Assembly: GCA_031422195.1 (NCBI GenBank)
Contig: JANOPZ010000031.1
Location: 29,025 to 93,024 of the forward strand
Length of the DNA stretch: 64,000 nucleotides
Source of the DNA: Limoniibacter sp.
GTDB taxonomy: Bacteria > Pseudomonadota > Alphaproteobacteria > Rhizobiales > Rhizobiaceae
Direction of reading: 5' to 3'
Below, piece by piece: positions 18,971 through 28,233 of this stretch. The stretch's first letter is position 1. Each line of letters begins with the position of its first letter. A model generated the notes under the pieces. It was not told the DNA's origin, did not search any database, and saw nothing but the letters and a program-made list of their open reading frames with translations. Position numbers and translations under genes: made by a program.

Positions 18971-20218
18971 ATGAATCCGGCATTACAGGGTCTCATGACC
19001 ATTATTATCGGAGTTGGCGGCTGCGTTGGCTATTTCTTTTTCTCAAATATTGTCCTTGATAAATTTATCTTTCCGGCAACCGGCGTTAACGCTGGACGGA
19101 ACATTAACCGCGCCAATCAGGTTCGCCCATGGCTGTTTTTAGCCCCTGCGATCATCGCACTGGGCGTTTATCTGGCCTACCCGGTTTTTGCGACGCTATG
19201 GCTTTCGCTAAACAAAGAATTGCCGGGCAAAGCCTATGAATTTGTGGGCCTTGCCAATTATCAAACCATGTTTGGTGAAACCAAATTTTGGGAATCCATG
19301 AAAAATAACATGCTGTGGCTCATATTTGTGCCTGCGCTCTCAACAGCGTTTGGCTTACTGGCCGCGCAACTCACAGATCGTATCTGGTGGGGCAATATCG
19401 CCAAAGCGCTGATTTTTATGCCGATGGCAATTTCATTCGTTGGCGCGTCGGTGATTTGGAAACTGATTTACGACACGCGCCCTGACGGAACTGACCAGAT
19501 AGGTTTGCTCAACGCGGTTTGGCTTAATTTTTCCGGCGGGCCGTTCTCGTTTATTTTCTTGAAAGTTCTGCCCGCATTGCTGCTTCTGGCGTTCGCCGCA
19601 TTTATGGCTTACGGCGTTTACCTTGCGCTTAAACCTTTGTTTTGGGACACGGATAAACGTGGCAAACCGCAATGGTGGGCTGTTCCGTTGCGTGCCGTAG
19701 TGGCACTTGGCTCTGCCTATTTACTGTGGCTTTCACTGAGCTCTGTTTTCAATGTGTTTGGTGCTGAGCTGCCTTATGGCAAAGCACAAACCTGGTTGAC
19801 GATACCGTTTTGGAACAATTTGTTTCTGATGATCGTTCTTGTGTGGATCCAGTCAGGCTTTGCTATGGTGATCTTGTCAGCAGCACTTCGCGGTATTCCG
19901 GAGGAAACCGTTGAAGCTGCCGTCATTGATGGCGCAAATCCGTTTCAGATTTTCTTCAAAATCAAAGTTCCGCAAATCATGACAACTCTGGTTGTGGTTT
20001 GGACCACCATTACCATCACCGTTTTGAAGGTCTTCGATATTGTTTTGGCGATGACCAACGGCCAGTGGGAAACGCAGGTTCTGGCCAACTATATGTTCGA
20101 TAAATTGTTCCGGTCGTTTGACACTGGCGTTGGTTCGGCCGCCGGCATGATTATCATGCTGTTGGTGATGCCAATTTTGGTGTGGAACGTTTATAACGTT
20201 CGTAAAGAAATGCGCTGA
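18971..20218 (+). CDS. aglF: alpha-glucoside ABC transporter permease
   Basis: Polytopic MalF-type permease (415 aa) with an EAA-like loop (EAAVIDGANPFQIFFKIKVP). Confidence 0.8.
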   Translation: MNPALQGLMTIIIGVGGCVGYFFFSNIVLDKFIFPATGVNAGRNINRANQVRPWLFLAPAIIALGVYLAYPVFATLWLSLNKELPGKAYEFVGLANYQTMFGETKFWESMKNNMLWLIFVPALSTAFGLLAAQLTDRIWWGNIAKALIFMPMAISFVGASVIWKLIYDTRPDGTDQIGLLNAVWLNFSGGPFSFIFLKVLPALLLLAFAAFMAYGVYLALKPLFWDTDKRGKPQWWAVPLRAVVALGSAYLLWLSLSSVFNVFGAELPYGKAQTWLTIPFWNNLFLMIVLVWIQSGFAMVILSAALRGIPEETVEAAVIDGANPFQIFFKIKVPQIMTTLVVVWTTITITVLKVFDIVLAMTNGQWETQVLANYMFDKLFRSFDTGVGSAAGMIIMLLVMPILVWNVYNVRKEMR

Positions 20219-20229
20219 GGGAGGCGAAA

Positions 20230-21369
20230 ATGACAGGTGCTTCAACACGCAAATCGCCTTTAACATGGGTCGTTCATATTTCGGCTTTGATATTGGTTGC
20301 TCTTTGGGTTTTCCCAACATTTGGCTTGCTGGTTTCATCGTTTAGAACCGGCGATCAGATCTCAACGTCGGGCTGGTGGCGTTCTTTAATGACGCAAGAG
20401 CAGCAATTGCCTGCTAAACGGGTTGAGGGCCTTGAAACTCAAAAAGATGGCAAGTTTGTTATTGAGGGAAAGCTCTTTGAAAACGCCGGAACAGTAGTCG
20501 GCGCCTGGGGTATCAGTTCAAAAGAACCAAGGGCTTTTACTCCCGGTGCAAGCGCCGACCTTGGCGATGGCGTTTCCATCAGCGTTGCCAGTGATGGCAG
20601 CTATGTGATGTCGTCAGCCACAACGCTCAAAGACGTGCGGTTGCCGCGCATCTTTACGACCGCACAAACGCCGCCCGACCCGACAATTGATAATTATAAT
20701 AATGTGCTTTTCAACCCGGAGGCAGGGCAAGGTGTTGGCCAAGCCTTCATCAACACGTTGACGGTGGCCATTCCTGCTACAATCATCCCGATATTGATCG
20801 CAGCTTTTGCCGCGTATGCTTTGGCTTGGATGGATTTTCCGGGCCGCGCCTTGTTGGTGGCAGCGGTTGTCGGCTTGCTCGTCGTGCCGCTGCAATTGGC
20901 GCTCATCCCATTGTTGCAACTGCATAATGCAATTGGCATCGGCAAAGGCTATATGGGTATTTGGCTGGCGCACACTGGGTTTGGTCTGCCGCTGGCGATT
21001 TACCTTTTGCGCAATTACATGATCGGATTGCCGCGCGATATTATTGAAAATGCCCGTGTGGATGGTGCGACGGATTTTCAGATTTTCACCAAAATTATTT
21101 TACCGCTGTCGTTTCCGGCACTGGCATCATTTGCGATCTTCCAGTTTTTGTGGACGTGGAATGATCTGCTGGTGGCTCTCGTGTTCCTCGGAGCTGGCGA
21201 CAAAGAATTGGTGCTGACCGGCAGCCTGGTCAATTTAATGGGCTCGCGCGGCGGTGATTGGGAAATCCTTTCAACCTCGGCCTTTATCTCGATTGCTGTT
21301 CCGCTGGTGGTGTTTTTTGTAATGCAAAAATATCTGGTGCGCGGCCTCCTTGCCGGTTCAGTGAAGTAA
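20230..21369 (+). CDS. aglG: alpha-glucoside ABC transporter permease
   Basis: MalG-type permease (379 aa) with a large periplasmic loop and the EAA motif ENARVDGATDFQIFTKIILP. Confidence 0.8.
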   Translation: MTGASTRKSPLTWVVHISALILVALWVFPTFGLLVSSFRTGDQISTSGWWRSLMTQEQQLPAKRVEGLETQKDGKFVIEGKLFENAGTVVGAWGISSKEPRAFTPGASADLGDGVSISVASDGSYVMSSATTLKDVRLPRIFTTAQTPPDPTIDNYNNVLFNPEAGQGVGQAFINTLTVAIPATIIPILIAAFAAYALAWMDFPGRALLVAAVVGLLVVPLQLALIPLLQLHNAIGIGKGYMGIWLAHTGFGLPLAIYLLRNYMIGLPRDIIENARVDGATDFQIFTKIILPLSFPALASFAIFQFLWTWNDLLVALVFLGAGDKELVLTGSLVNLMGSRGGDWEILSTSAFISIAVPLVVFFVMQKYLVRGLLAGSVK

Positions 21370-21373
21370 ACCT

Positions 21374-23050
21374 ATGAATGTGAATGTGACCAAAGATATG
21401 GCTCAATCAGCAACCGCCATCCGCACTGTTGATGCAGATTGGTGGCGGGGTGCTGCGATTTATCAGGTCTATCCACGGTCATACCAAGACAGCAATGGTG
21501 ATGGCATTGGCGATCTCAAAGGCATTACACAACGTTTGCCTTATATAGCCTCACTCGGCGTGGACGCGGTATGGATATCGCCGTTTTTCACGTCGCCGAT
21601 GAAAGACTTTGGCTATGACGTATCTGACTATTGCGACATTGACCCGATGTTTGGCAGGCTGGCTGATTTTGATGCGATGCTGGCTGAGGCCCACCGGCTT
21701 GGTCTGAAGATTATGATTGATCTGGTGCTGTCTCACACTTCTGATCAGCATCCGTGGTTTGTGGAAAGTCGGTCTTCAAAATCAAATGCCAAATCAGATT
21801 GGTATGTTTGGGCCGAACCTAAGCCCGATGGCACTGCGCCCAATAATTGGTTGTCAATTTTTGGTGGGCCAGCTTGGGAATGGGATTCAACGCGCCGCCA
21901 GTATTTCATGCATAATTTTTTGACATCGCAGCCGGATTTGAATTTCCATAATATGGATGTGCAGCAAGCCTTGCTGGATGTGACCAAGTTTTGGTTGGAT
22001 CGCGGTGTTGATGGATTCCGGCTCGATACGATCAATTTTTATGTTCATGACCGCGAGTTGCGCAATAATCCGCCAATGCCGGAAGGGTTGCGCAACGATA
22101 CCATTGCGCCAAGCGTGAACCCCTATAATCACCAAGACCATCTCTATGATAAAAACCGTCCCGAAAATTTGGCATTTCTGGAGCGCTTCCGTGCGCTGCT
22201 CAACCAATATCCTGCTGCAACGGCGGTTGGCGAAGTTGGCGACGCGCATTTGGGTTTGCAGATTGTGGCCGATTACACCTCCGGCGGCAATAAAGTGCAT
22301 ATGTGCTATGCCTTTGATTTTCTGTCGCCTTCTCCAGTTACGCCAAGCCGCGTAAGCCAAATTGTCAGTGATTTTGGTGCAGCAGCAGTAGATGGCTGGG
22401 CGTGCTGGGCGTTTTCAAATCATGATGTGGTGCGCCATGCTTCGCGGCTTGAGGCTGACGGGGCAAGCGCAGGTTGGCCTCGTATGTTGATTGGCCTGTT
22501 GGGCGCGCTGCGCGGTTCGATTTGCCTCTATCAAGGCGAAGAACTTGGGTTAGCTGAATCTGATGTCGCGTTCGAAGATCTGCAAGACCCGTATGGCATC
22601 CGGTTTTGGCCAAAATTTAAGGGTCGTGATGGCTGCCGCACACCGATGGTTTGGGATAATTCTGCGCCGAACGCCGGCTTTACAAACGGCAAGCCGTGGT
22701 TGCCGGTTTCTACGACACATGCTGTGCTAGCGGTAAATGTGCAAGAAGCCGATCAAAACTCAATGCTTAACCATTACCGTGCATTTTTGCATTTTAGGCG
22801 TTCGCACCCGTCAATGGTAAAAGGCGAAATCGATTTCATCCACGCCGACGAACAAACGCTGGCCTTTACCCGCACCTCCGGCAATGAAAAAATGCTGTGT
22901 GTGTTTAATTTCACCGATCGTTTGCAGACCCTGAAGCTAAACAACGTCAAGGTTCTCGAAGATTTCGAAAACACCGGTTACCACGCCACCCATAGCGGCG
23001 GCATAGTTAGCCTTGGTGCTTATGATGCTTATTTTGGACGTGTGGCGTGA
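21374..23050 (+). CDS. aglA: alpha-glucosidase (GH13, oligo-1,6-glucosidase/sucrose-isomerase-like)
   Basis: WWRGAAIYQVYPRSYQDSNGDGIGDL, DLVLSHTSDQH, GFRLDTINF and the EVGD/FSNHD blocks are the GH13 conserved regions. 558 aa. Confidence 0.9.
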   Translation: MNVNVTKDMAQSATAIRTVDADWWRGAAIYQVYPRSYQDSNGDGIGDLKGITQRLPYIASLGVDAVWISPFFTSPMKDFGYDVSDYCDIDPMFGRLADFDAMLAEAHRLGLKIMIDLVLSHTSDQHPWFVESRSSKSNAKSDWYVWAEPKPDGTAPNNWLSIFGGPAWEWDSTRRQYFMHNFLTSQPDLNFHNMDVQQALLDVTKFWLDRGVDGFRLDTINFYVHDRELRNNPPMPEGLRNDTIAPSVNPYNHQDHLYDKNRPENLAFLERFRALLNQYPAATAVGEVGDAHLGLQIVADYTSGGNKVHMCYAFDFLSPSPVTPSRVSQIVSDFGAAAVDGWACWAFSNHDVVRHASRLEADGASAGWPRMLIGLLGALRGSICLYQGEELGLAESDVAFEDLQDPYGIRFWPKFKGRDGCRTPMVWDNSAPNAGFTNGKPWLPVSTTHAVLAVNVQEADQNSMLNHYRAFLHFRRSHPSMVKGEIDFIHADEQTLAFTRTSGNEKMLCVFNFTDRLQTLKLNNVKVLEDFENTGYHATHSGGIVSLGAYDAYFGRVA

Positions 23051-23096
23051 TCAGCGCTTCCGTCTCAGTTTGAAATTTTCCGGGGAGGGAAATACG

Positions 23097-24182
23097 ATGT
23101 CCAGTCTCAGCTTGAAAAAAATCGTCAAGGCTTACGGCGATATTGAAATTCTGCATGGCGTTGATTTGGAGATCAAATCCGGCGAATTTATTGTGTTTGT
23201 TGGCCCTTCTGGCTGTGGCAAATCCACATTGCTTAGAACGATTGCCGGTCTTGAAAGCATAACATCCGGCACGCTATCGATTGATGGCGAAGTCGTGAAT
23301 GATATTCCGCCGTCTAAACGCGGCATCGCCATGGTGTTTCAATCCTATGCGCTTTATCCGCATATGACGGTTTATGATAATATGGCATTTGGCCTTAGGA
23401 TCGCCAAAAAAACGGCTGCTGAAATTGATGCTATCGTGAAAGACGCGGCTTCAAAATTACAGCTGGAACCTTATCTTGACCGTTTGCCAAAAGCGCTTTC
23501 TGGCGGGCAGCGGCAACGCGTCGCCATCGGCCGCTCGATTTGCCGCCAACCGAAAGTATTTTTGTTTGACGAGCCACTGTCGAATTTGGATGCTGCGCTT
23601 CGCGTGGCGACCCGTATCGAGATTGCCAAATTGTCTGAATCGATGCCGCAAACCACAATGATTTATGTCACGCATGATCAGGTGGAAGCCATGACCTTGG
23701 CAGACCGTATTGTGGTTTTGAAGGGCGGGCATATTGCGCAAGTGGGTTCACCGATGGATCTCTACCATAAGCCCGATAATTTGTTTGTGGCCCAATTTAT
23801 CGGTTCACCGGCGATGAACGTTGTACCGGGCGTGATCACAGCAACCGGCAACACCACCAGTGTCAGCGTGACTGGCCACGGCACAATTGTTTTGCCAGTT
23901 AAAACAGAAGCTGCCCACAAGGGCACTGAGGTAAAAGTGGGTGTGCGCCCCGAAGACTTGCGCCCGACGACAAATGCCAAAGATATGCTGCTATCAGCCA
24001 AATTGGATTTGGTAGAGAAACTTGGCGAAGTGACCCTTGCCTATTTCTCTAACGGTACCGCGGAACCTTTGGTTGCCAAAATGCCGGGCGATATTGTGAT
24101 TGAACGCGGCACCAATGCCGCATTTACGGCCGACGCCGCCAAGGTGCATTTGTTCACCAAAGAGGGCTTGGCGATACGGTGA
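23097..24182 (+). CDS. aglK: alpha-glucoside ABC transporter ATP-binding protein (MalK type)
   Basis: Walker A GPSGCGKST, signature LSGGQRQR and Walker B FLFDEPLS. ATG 23097 is preceded by GGGGAGGG; the track ORF starts upstream at 23013. Confidence 0.9.
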   Translation: MSSLSLKKIVKAYGDIEILHGVDLEIKSGEFIVFVGPSGCGKSTLLRTIAGLESITSGTLSIDGEVVNDIPPSKRGIAMVFQSYALYPHMTVYDNMAFGLRIAKKTAAEIDAIVKDAASKLQLEPYLDRLPKALSGGQRQRVAIGRSICRQPKVFLFDEPLSNLDAALRVATRIEIAKLSESMPQTTMIYVTHDQVEAMTLADRIVVLKGGHIAQVGSPMDLYHKPDNLFVAQFIGSPAMNVVPGVITATGNTTSVSVTGHGTIVLPVKTEAAHKGTEVKVGVRPEDLRPTTNAKDMLLSAKLDLVEKLGEVTLAYFSNGTAEPLVAKMPGDIVIERGTNAAFTADAAKVHLFTKEGLAIR

Positions 24183-24208
24183 TTGCGACGTCACCAGTCT
24201 CAAAATTT

Positions 24209-24238
24209 AGTCATTCCCGCAATGAATGCGGGGATGAC
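24209..24238. repeat. REP-like palindromic unit (copy a) between convergent operons; probable bidirectional terminator hairpin
   Basis: AGTCATTCCCGCA-atgaa-TGCGGGGATGAC forms a 12-bp stem with one mismatch. It shares the AGTCATyCCCGCA...TGCGGGGA core with copies at 31311, 31378, 52873 and 52964. Confidence 0.7.
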
Positions 24239-24260
24239 CAACTTCCAAGCACAATGTCTT

Positions 24261-25187
24261 TCAGCGTCCGCGCGACCTCGGGTCGAGCGCATCACGTAGG
24301 CCGTCGCCGATATAATTCACGCTGAGTACTGTCAGCGAAATGGCCAGCCCTGGCCACATGACGCGCGACGGGTGAAGCTGCATATACTCAACGCCATCAT
24401 AAAGAAGGCGGCCCCATGTCGGGAAATCCGGCGGAAAGCCAAGGCCCAAAAACGATAACACGGATTCAGTGATGATTGCGGTTGCTATTCCAAGAGTCGC
24501 CGCCACCATAATAGGTGACACCACATTGGGAAGGATATGCCGCAAAATCATCCGGGATGGCGTGGTGCCAATCGAGCAGGCTGCGAGGACGAACTCGCGC
24601 TCTTTAATGGCCAGAACTTCGCCGCGCACAATGCGGGCAGACTGCATCCAAGAGGTGACACCGATGGCAAACACCACCAAAATAAAAGTGCCGGTTTCGG
24701 GCCCAAGCGTTGCTGCCAAGCTGTCCCTGAACAGCAGCATCATCACCAGCAACAATGGCAGCAGCGGCAGCGACAAAAATAGATCGGTCATCCGCATGAG
24801 AATGCCGTCAAGACGCTTGAAATAGCCGGAAATCACGCCGATCGTTGCGCCGATCAAAATTGAAATCAACATCGCCACCATGCCAACCAGCAGCGACACC
24901 TGCCCGCCCGCCATAACGCGCGCCAGCATGTCGCGGCCCAGTTGATCGGTTCCCAGCGGATGGCCCCACATAGGCGATTTATTGCGGCTCAGCATCATTT
25001 GCGCCGCGTCCGGGTTGACGAAATTGGGGTCGATCCGCCACAGCAACGGGCCAATTGCCACAAATAAAATCAAGCCAATCAGGATGCATAGTCCAAACAT
25101 CGCGCCGGTATGCGATTTGAACTGACCCCATACATCACCCCATTGGCTGGAGGGTTTTTCCGTAACCTTCACCGCCGCGTCAGTCAT
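24261..25187 (-). CDS. peptide/nickel-type ABC transporter permease (DppC/OppC-like)
   Basis: Polytopic BPD_transp_1 permease. ATG 25187 (MTDAAVKV) overlaps the upstream permease stop by 8 nt; the track start at 25229 is less likely. Confidence 0.85.
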   Translation of the reverse strand: MTDAAVKVTEKPSSQWGDVWGQFKSHTGAMFGLCILIGLILFVAIGPLLWRIDPNFVNPDAAQMMLSRNKSPMWGHPLGTDQLGRDMLARVMAGGQVSLLVGMVAMLISILIGATIGVISGYFKRLDGILMRMTDLFLSLPLLPLLLVMMLLFRDSLAATLGPETGTFILVVFAIGVTSWMQSARIVRGEVLAIKEREFVLAACSIGTTPSRMILRHILPNVVSPIMVAATLGIATAIITESVLSFLGLGFPPDFPTWGRLLYDGVEYMQLHPSRVMWPGLAISLTVLSVNYIGDGLRDALDPRSRGR

Positions 25188-26187
25188 AGCGAATTCTCGG
25201 ATCGAGAAGGCCATAGAGGATGTCGGCAATCAGATTGAAGGCCACAATCAGAAACGCAAAAATAAACGTCAATGTTTGAATCATCGGTAAGTCATTGGCA
25301 TGAATGGCGTTGATAAGGCCTGCGCCAATGCCGTTTATTTTGAACACCTGCTCAGTGATAATTGCTCCACCAAAAATAGTCGGGATGCCAATGGCAATCA
25401 CGGTGACAACAGGTATGAGGGAATTGCGCAAGACATGTTTTAGAACCACTGTTTTTTCGCCCAAGCCTTTGGCGCGTGCGGTGCGCACATAGTCTAAATT
25501 GAGGTTTTCAAGCGTTGAAGCCCGCATATAACGGCTGATTTCAGCGGCGTTAAACAGGCCCAGCACCATCACCGGCAGCACCATTTGCCGAACCTGTTTC
25601 CAGAAGCTGGCCCAATCGGTGACTTGCAGCGTGGTGTCGTAGATCGACGGGAACCATTGCAAATTGACCGCGAAAATAACGATCAATAAAACGCCAGTGA
25701 AAAATGTCGGCACCGAATACCCAACCATGGCAATGAAAGTACCAATCTGGTCGAACCATGAATATTGCCGATAGGCCGAATACATGCCGATAGGAACCGC
25801 AATCAAAACACCCACCAGATAGGCGGTGCCGATGACGATCATAGTTTGTGGAATGCGTTCAACAATCAGGTTGAACACCGGCCCACGCGTTTGATAGCTT
25901 ATGATACGTTGTAGGCCTTCAGCATGCATCGTGCCGAACAAATAATCATAAAATATCAACGGCTCGACATAAAAAAATTGTTTCAGCCATAGGCCATATC
26001 GCACCATCACCGGCTGGTTTACACCCATGGCTTCGAGGATTTTGGCGCGCACTTCGGGCGAGATCGTCAATGGAATTTCAGACGCCGGGCTGCCCGGTGC
26101 AAAGTCAACAATTAGAAAAATGACAAGGCTGATCAGCAGCAAGGTCGGGATGGCAATCAACAGCCGACGCAAGATGTAAGTCAGCAT
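25180..26187 (-). CDS. peptide/nickel-type ABC transporter permease (DppB/OppB-like)
   Basis: 335 aa. The N-terminus MLTYILRRLLIAIPTLLLISLVIF is the hallmark start of DppB/OppB permeases. Confidence 0.9.
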   Translation of the reverse strand: MLTYILRRLLIAIPTLLLISLVIFLIVDFAPGSPASEIPLTISPEVRAKILEAMGVNQPVMVRYGLWLKQFFYVEPLIFYDYLFGTMHAEGLQRIISYQTRGPVFNLIVERIPQTMIVIGTAYLVGVLIAVPIGMYSAYRQYSWFDQIGTFIAMVGYSVPTFFTGVLLIVIFAVNLQWFPSIYDTTLQVTDWASFWKQVRQMVLPVMVLGLFNAAEISRYMRASTLENLNLDYVRTARAKGLGEKTVVLKHVLRNSLIPVVTVIAIGIPTIFGGAIITEQVFKINGIGAGLINAIHANDLPMIQTLTFIFAFLIVAFNLIADILYGLLDPRIRYD

Positions 26188-26246
26188 GATGCGATCCGCC
26201 AGTGCGTTGAAGGGTCAAGTATGAAATGGGGTTTCTGCTGCATATG

Positions 26247-26274
26247 AAAAGCGCCGGAGCATGGGCTCCGGCGC
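26247..26274 (-). terminator. intercistronic hairpin / partial terminator after the binding-protein gene
   Basis: GCGCCGGAGC-atgg-GCTCCGGCGC forms a 10-bp stem, followed on the minus strand by TTTT. It lies between the SBP stop (26288) and the permease start (26187). Confidence 0.5.
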
Positions 26275-26287
26275 AAATCTATTTGGG

Positions 26288-27991
26288 TTATTTGGCGCGT
26301 GACCAATCAGACGCATTCCACAATTCAGAATCCCAGGTGTTGAGCACAACACCGGCAAGCGTATTGGAATGGGCAGACAAGCGTCCACGGTCGGCCAACG
26401 GCACGATAACCATCGAGTCTTTGGTCAGCATATCATTGAGCTTTTTCGCCAGTTCGCCGCGTTTGGCCATATCTTGGGTTTTGCCAAGTTCGGCAACCAT
26501 GGCGTCATAGGCCGGGTCACAGAAACGGTTGATGTTTTCACCTTGCCATTGGTTGGCCGGGCTTGGAATTTTATTGCAGAGATAACCGGCCAAATATGGC
26601 TCTGGATCAGTGCCATCAAAGTTGTTGGCATACATTTCAACGTCGGCATAAAATTTCTGGAAAGTATCCGGTGAACCGGCATCACCGCCAAAATAAACCG
26701 AAGCATCAATGGCTTTGAGTTCAACTTCAACACCGATAGAATTCCACCAGCCTTTGACAAGCGCCTGAAAATCCTGACGCACAGGGTTGACGGATGTTTG
26801 ATAGAGCAGTGACAGTTTCTTGCCGTCTTTATCCAAAATGCCATCGGCATCGCTGTCTGCCCAACCGGCTTCGGCGAGTAATGCTTTTGCGCCATCAATG
26901 TTCTGGGGGATACAACCAGTATTGTCAGAAGCAAAAATTGCCGGAGATGGAACCAGATTGCACGTCGGGCGGGCCGCTTCTCCATAGCCAACGGCAACCA
27001 AAAGTGTGCGGTCAATGGCCATTGAAAGTGCGGTGCGCACTTTAATATCCGACAAAATCGGGTGCGGATGCTTAACCGTTGAGCGTTCGCCTTCCGGCAA
27101 AGCAGCTGACGGGTCGGTCAAGTTCATCTCAATGCGTTCAACCAAGGTGCCGAATGCGTTGACGAAAACGCCTTTGCCGCCAGCCTTCATTTGGGCCTGC
27201 AAATCGGGGTTGATTTGGGTGTTCCACGCATAATCAACTTCACCGGTTTCCATTACGGCACGTGCAGCCGCCGCGGCATCGCCGCCGCCTTTGAGTGTCA
27301 TGGTCGCAAAAGCAGGTTTGGCAGGGTCACGGTAGTTCGGGTTTGCAGCAAGCGACACGACATCGTTTACTTTGAAATCGGTGACCATGAACGGGCCGGT
27401 GCCGATTGGCTTGTTATTTTGTTCGGTGCAGGTTGAAGCGGCAACGCCGAGACATTTCTCAAACTGGGCTTTTTGGATGATCGGCGACGTGCCGCCAACA
27501 AAGGCTTGATAAGGGTTTGGCTTAGGTGCTTTGAATTTTACAATTACGGTTGCTGCATCCGGGGTTTCAATGGAGGCAATGCCCTCATAACGGCCGCCCT
27601 GTGCGCAGCCGCCTTCAGGCGCGGTGCAATAATCATGGCTGAATTTAACGTCTGCTGACGTTATAGGTGAGCCATCAGACCATTTGAGGTCGGGCTTTAG
27701 CTTCCATGTGATGGAGGTGAAATCAGCGGCAACGCCGCCATTGGCCACGGTTGGCACTTCAACGGCAAGGCGCGAGAACACATCGCCATTCTGGTCAAAG
27801 CCTGCGAGTGGCTCGAGAACCAACGATGCCGCCTCAACATCTTTTGTGCCGCCGGACAAATAAGGGTTCATACCGGATACTGCCTGCCAATAGAGCACGT
27901 TGACATTGCCGTCCGCGCCACGTTCGGCAAAAGCTTGGGGCGCAAGCGCTATCAGCGCGGCAGCTCCGAGAAGCATGGTTTTAAGTTTCAT
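26288..27991 (-). CDS. ABC transporter substrate-binding protein, family 5 (peptide/opine/nickel)
   Basis: ATG 27991 is preceded by AAAGGGAGA and gives the signal peptide MKLKTMLLGAAALIALAPQAFA. About 567 aa, SBP_bac_5-like. The track ORF extends to 28072. Confidence 0.85.
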   Translation of the reverse strand: MKLKTMLLGAAALIALAPQAFAERGADGNVNVLYWQAVSGMNPYLSGGTKDVEAASLVLEPLAGFDQNGDVFSRLAVEVPTVANGGVAADFTSITWKLKPDLKWSDGSPITSADVKFSHDYCTAPEGGCAQGGRYEGIASIETPDAATVIVKFKAPKPNPYQAFVGGTSPIIQKAQFEKCLGVAASTCTEQNNKPIGTGPFMVTDFKVNDVVSLAANPNYRDPAKPAFATMTLKGGGDAAAAARAVMETGEVDYAWNTQINPDLQAQMKAGGKGVFVNAFGTLVERIEMNLTDPSAALPEGERSTVKHPHPILSDIKVRTALSMAIDRTLLVAVGYGEAARPTCNLVPSPAIFASDNTGCIPQNIDGAKALLAEAGWADSDADGILDKDGKKLSLLYQTSVNPVRQDFQALVKGWWNSIGVEVELKAIDASVYFGGDAGSPDTFQKFYADVEMYANNFDGTDPEPYLAGYLCNKIPSPANQWQGENINRFCDPAYDAMVAELGKTQDMAKRGELAKKLNDMLTKDSMVIVPLADRGRLSAHSNTLAGVVLNTWDSELWNASDWSRAK

Positions 27992-28112
27992 TATTGAAAT
28001 CTCCCTTTTTGATGGTCGGTTGGCGTCTTTGTTTTTGTCCGGTGCCAGTATCCTGTCGGATCTTGTCACCATGATAACTTTAATTCATCCCATATGGCCG
28101 CGAAAAGCAAGC

Positions 28113-28145
28113 GTGACAGTTCACCTTAACGTAAGGTTATGTCAC
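28113..28145. promoter_or_regulatory. nested imperfect palindrome in the divergent promoter region of the peptide ABC system
   Basis: GTGACAgttcACCTTAacgTAAGGTtaTGTCAC. Outer GTGACA/TGTCAC and inner ACCTTA/TAAGGT arms are seen directly. No cognate regulator is identified. Confidence 0.3.
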
Positions 28146-28233
28146 TTGCGGCTTCTGGCCATCCACAACGGCGTTTGACACAAGGCGTGAAACCCGCGCA
28201 AAGTTCTATTTTTGTAAGGAAGGCGCAATCGAT

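Noticed and set aside
26425-27015. 196-aa minus-strand ORF in an alternative frame of the binding-protein gene
   Set aside because: It is out of frame within a strongly supported SBP gene, with no RBS and atypical composition.
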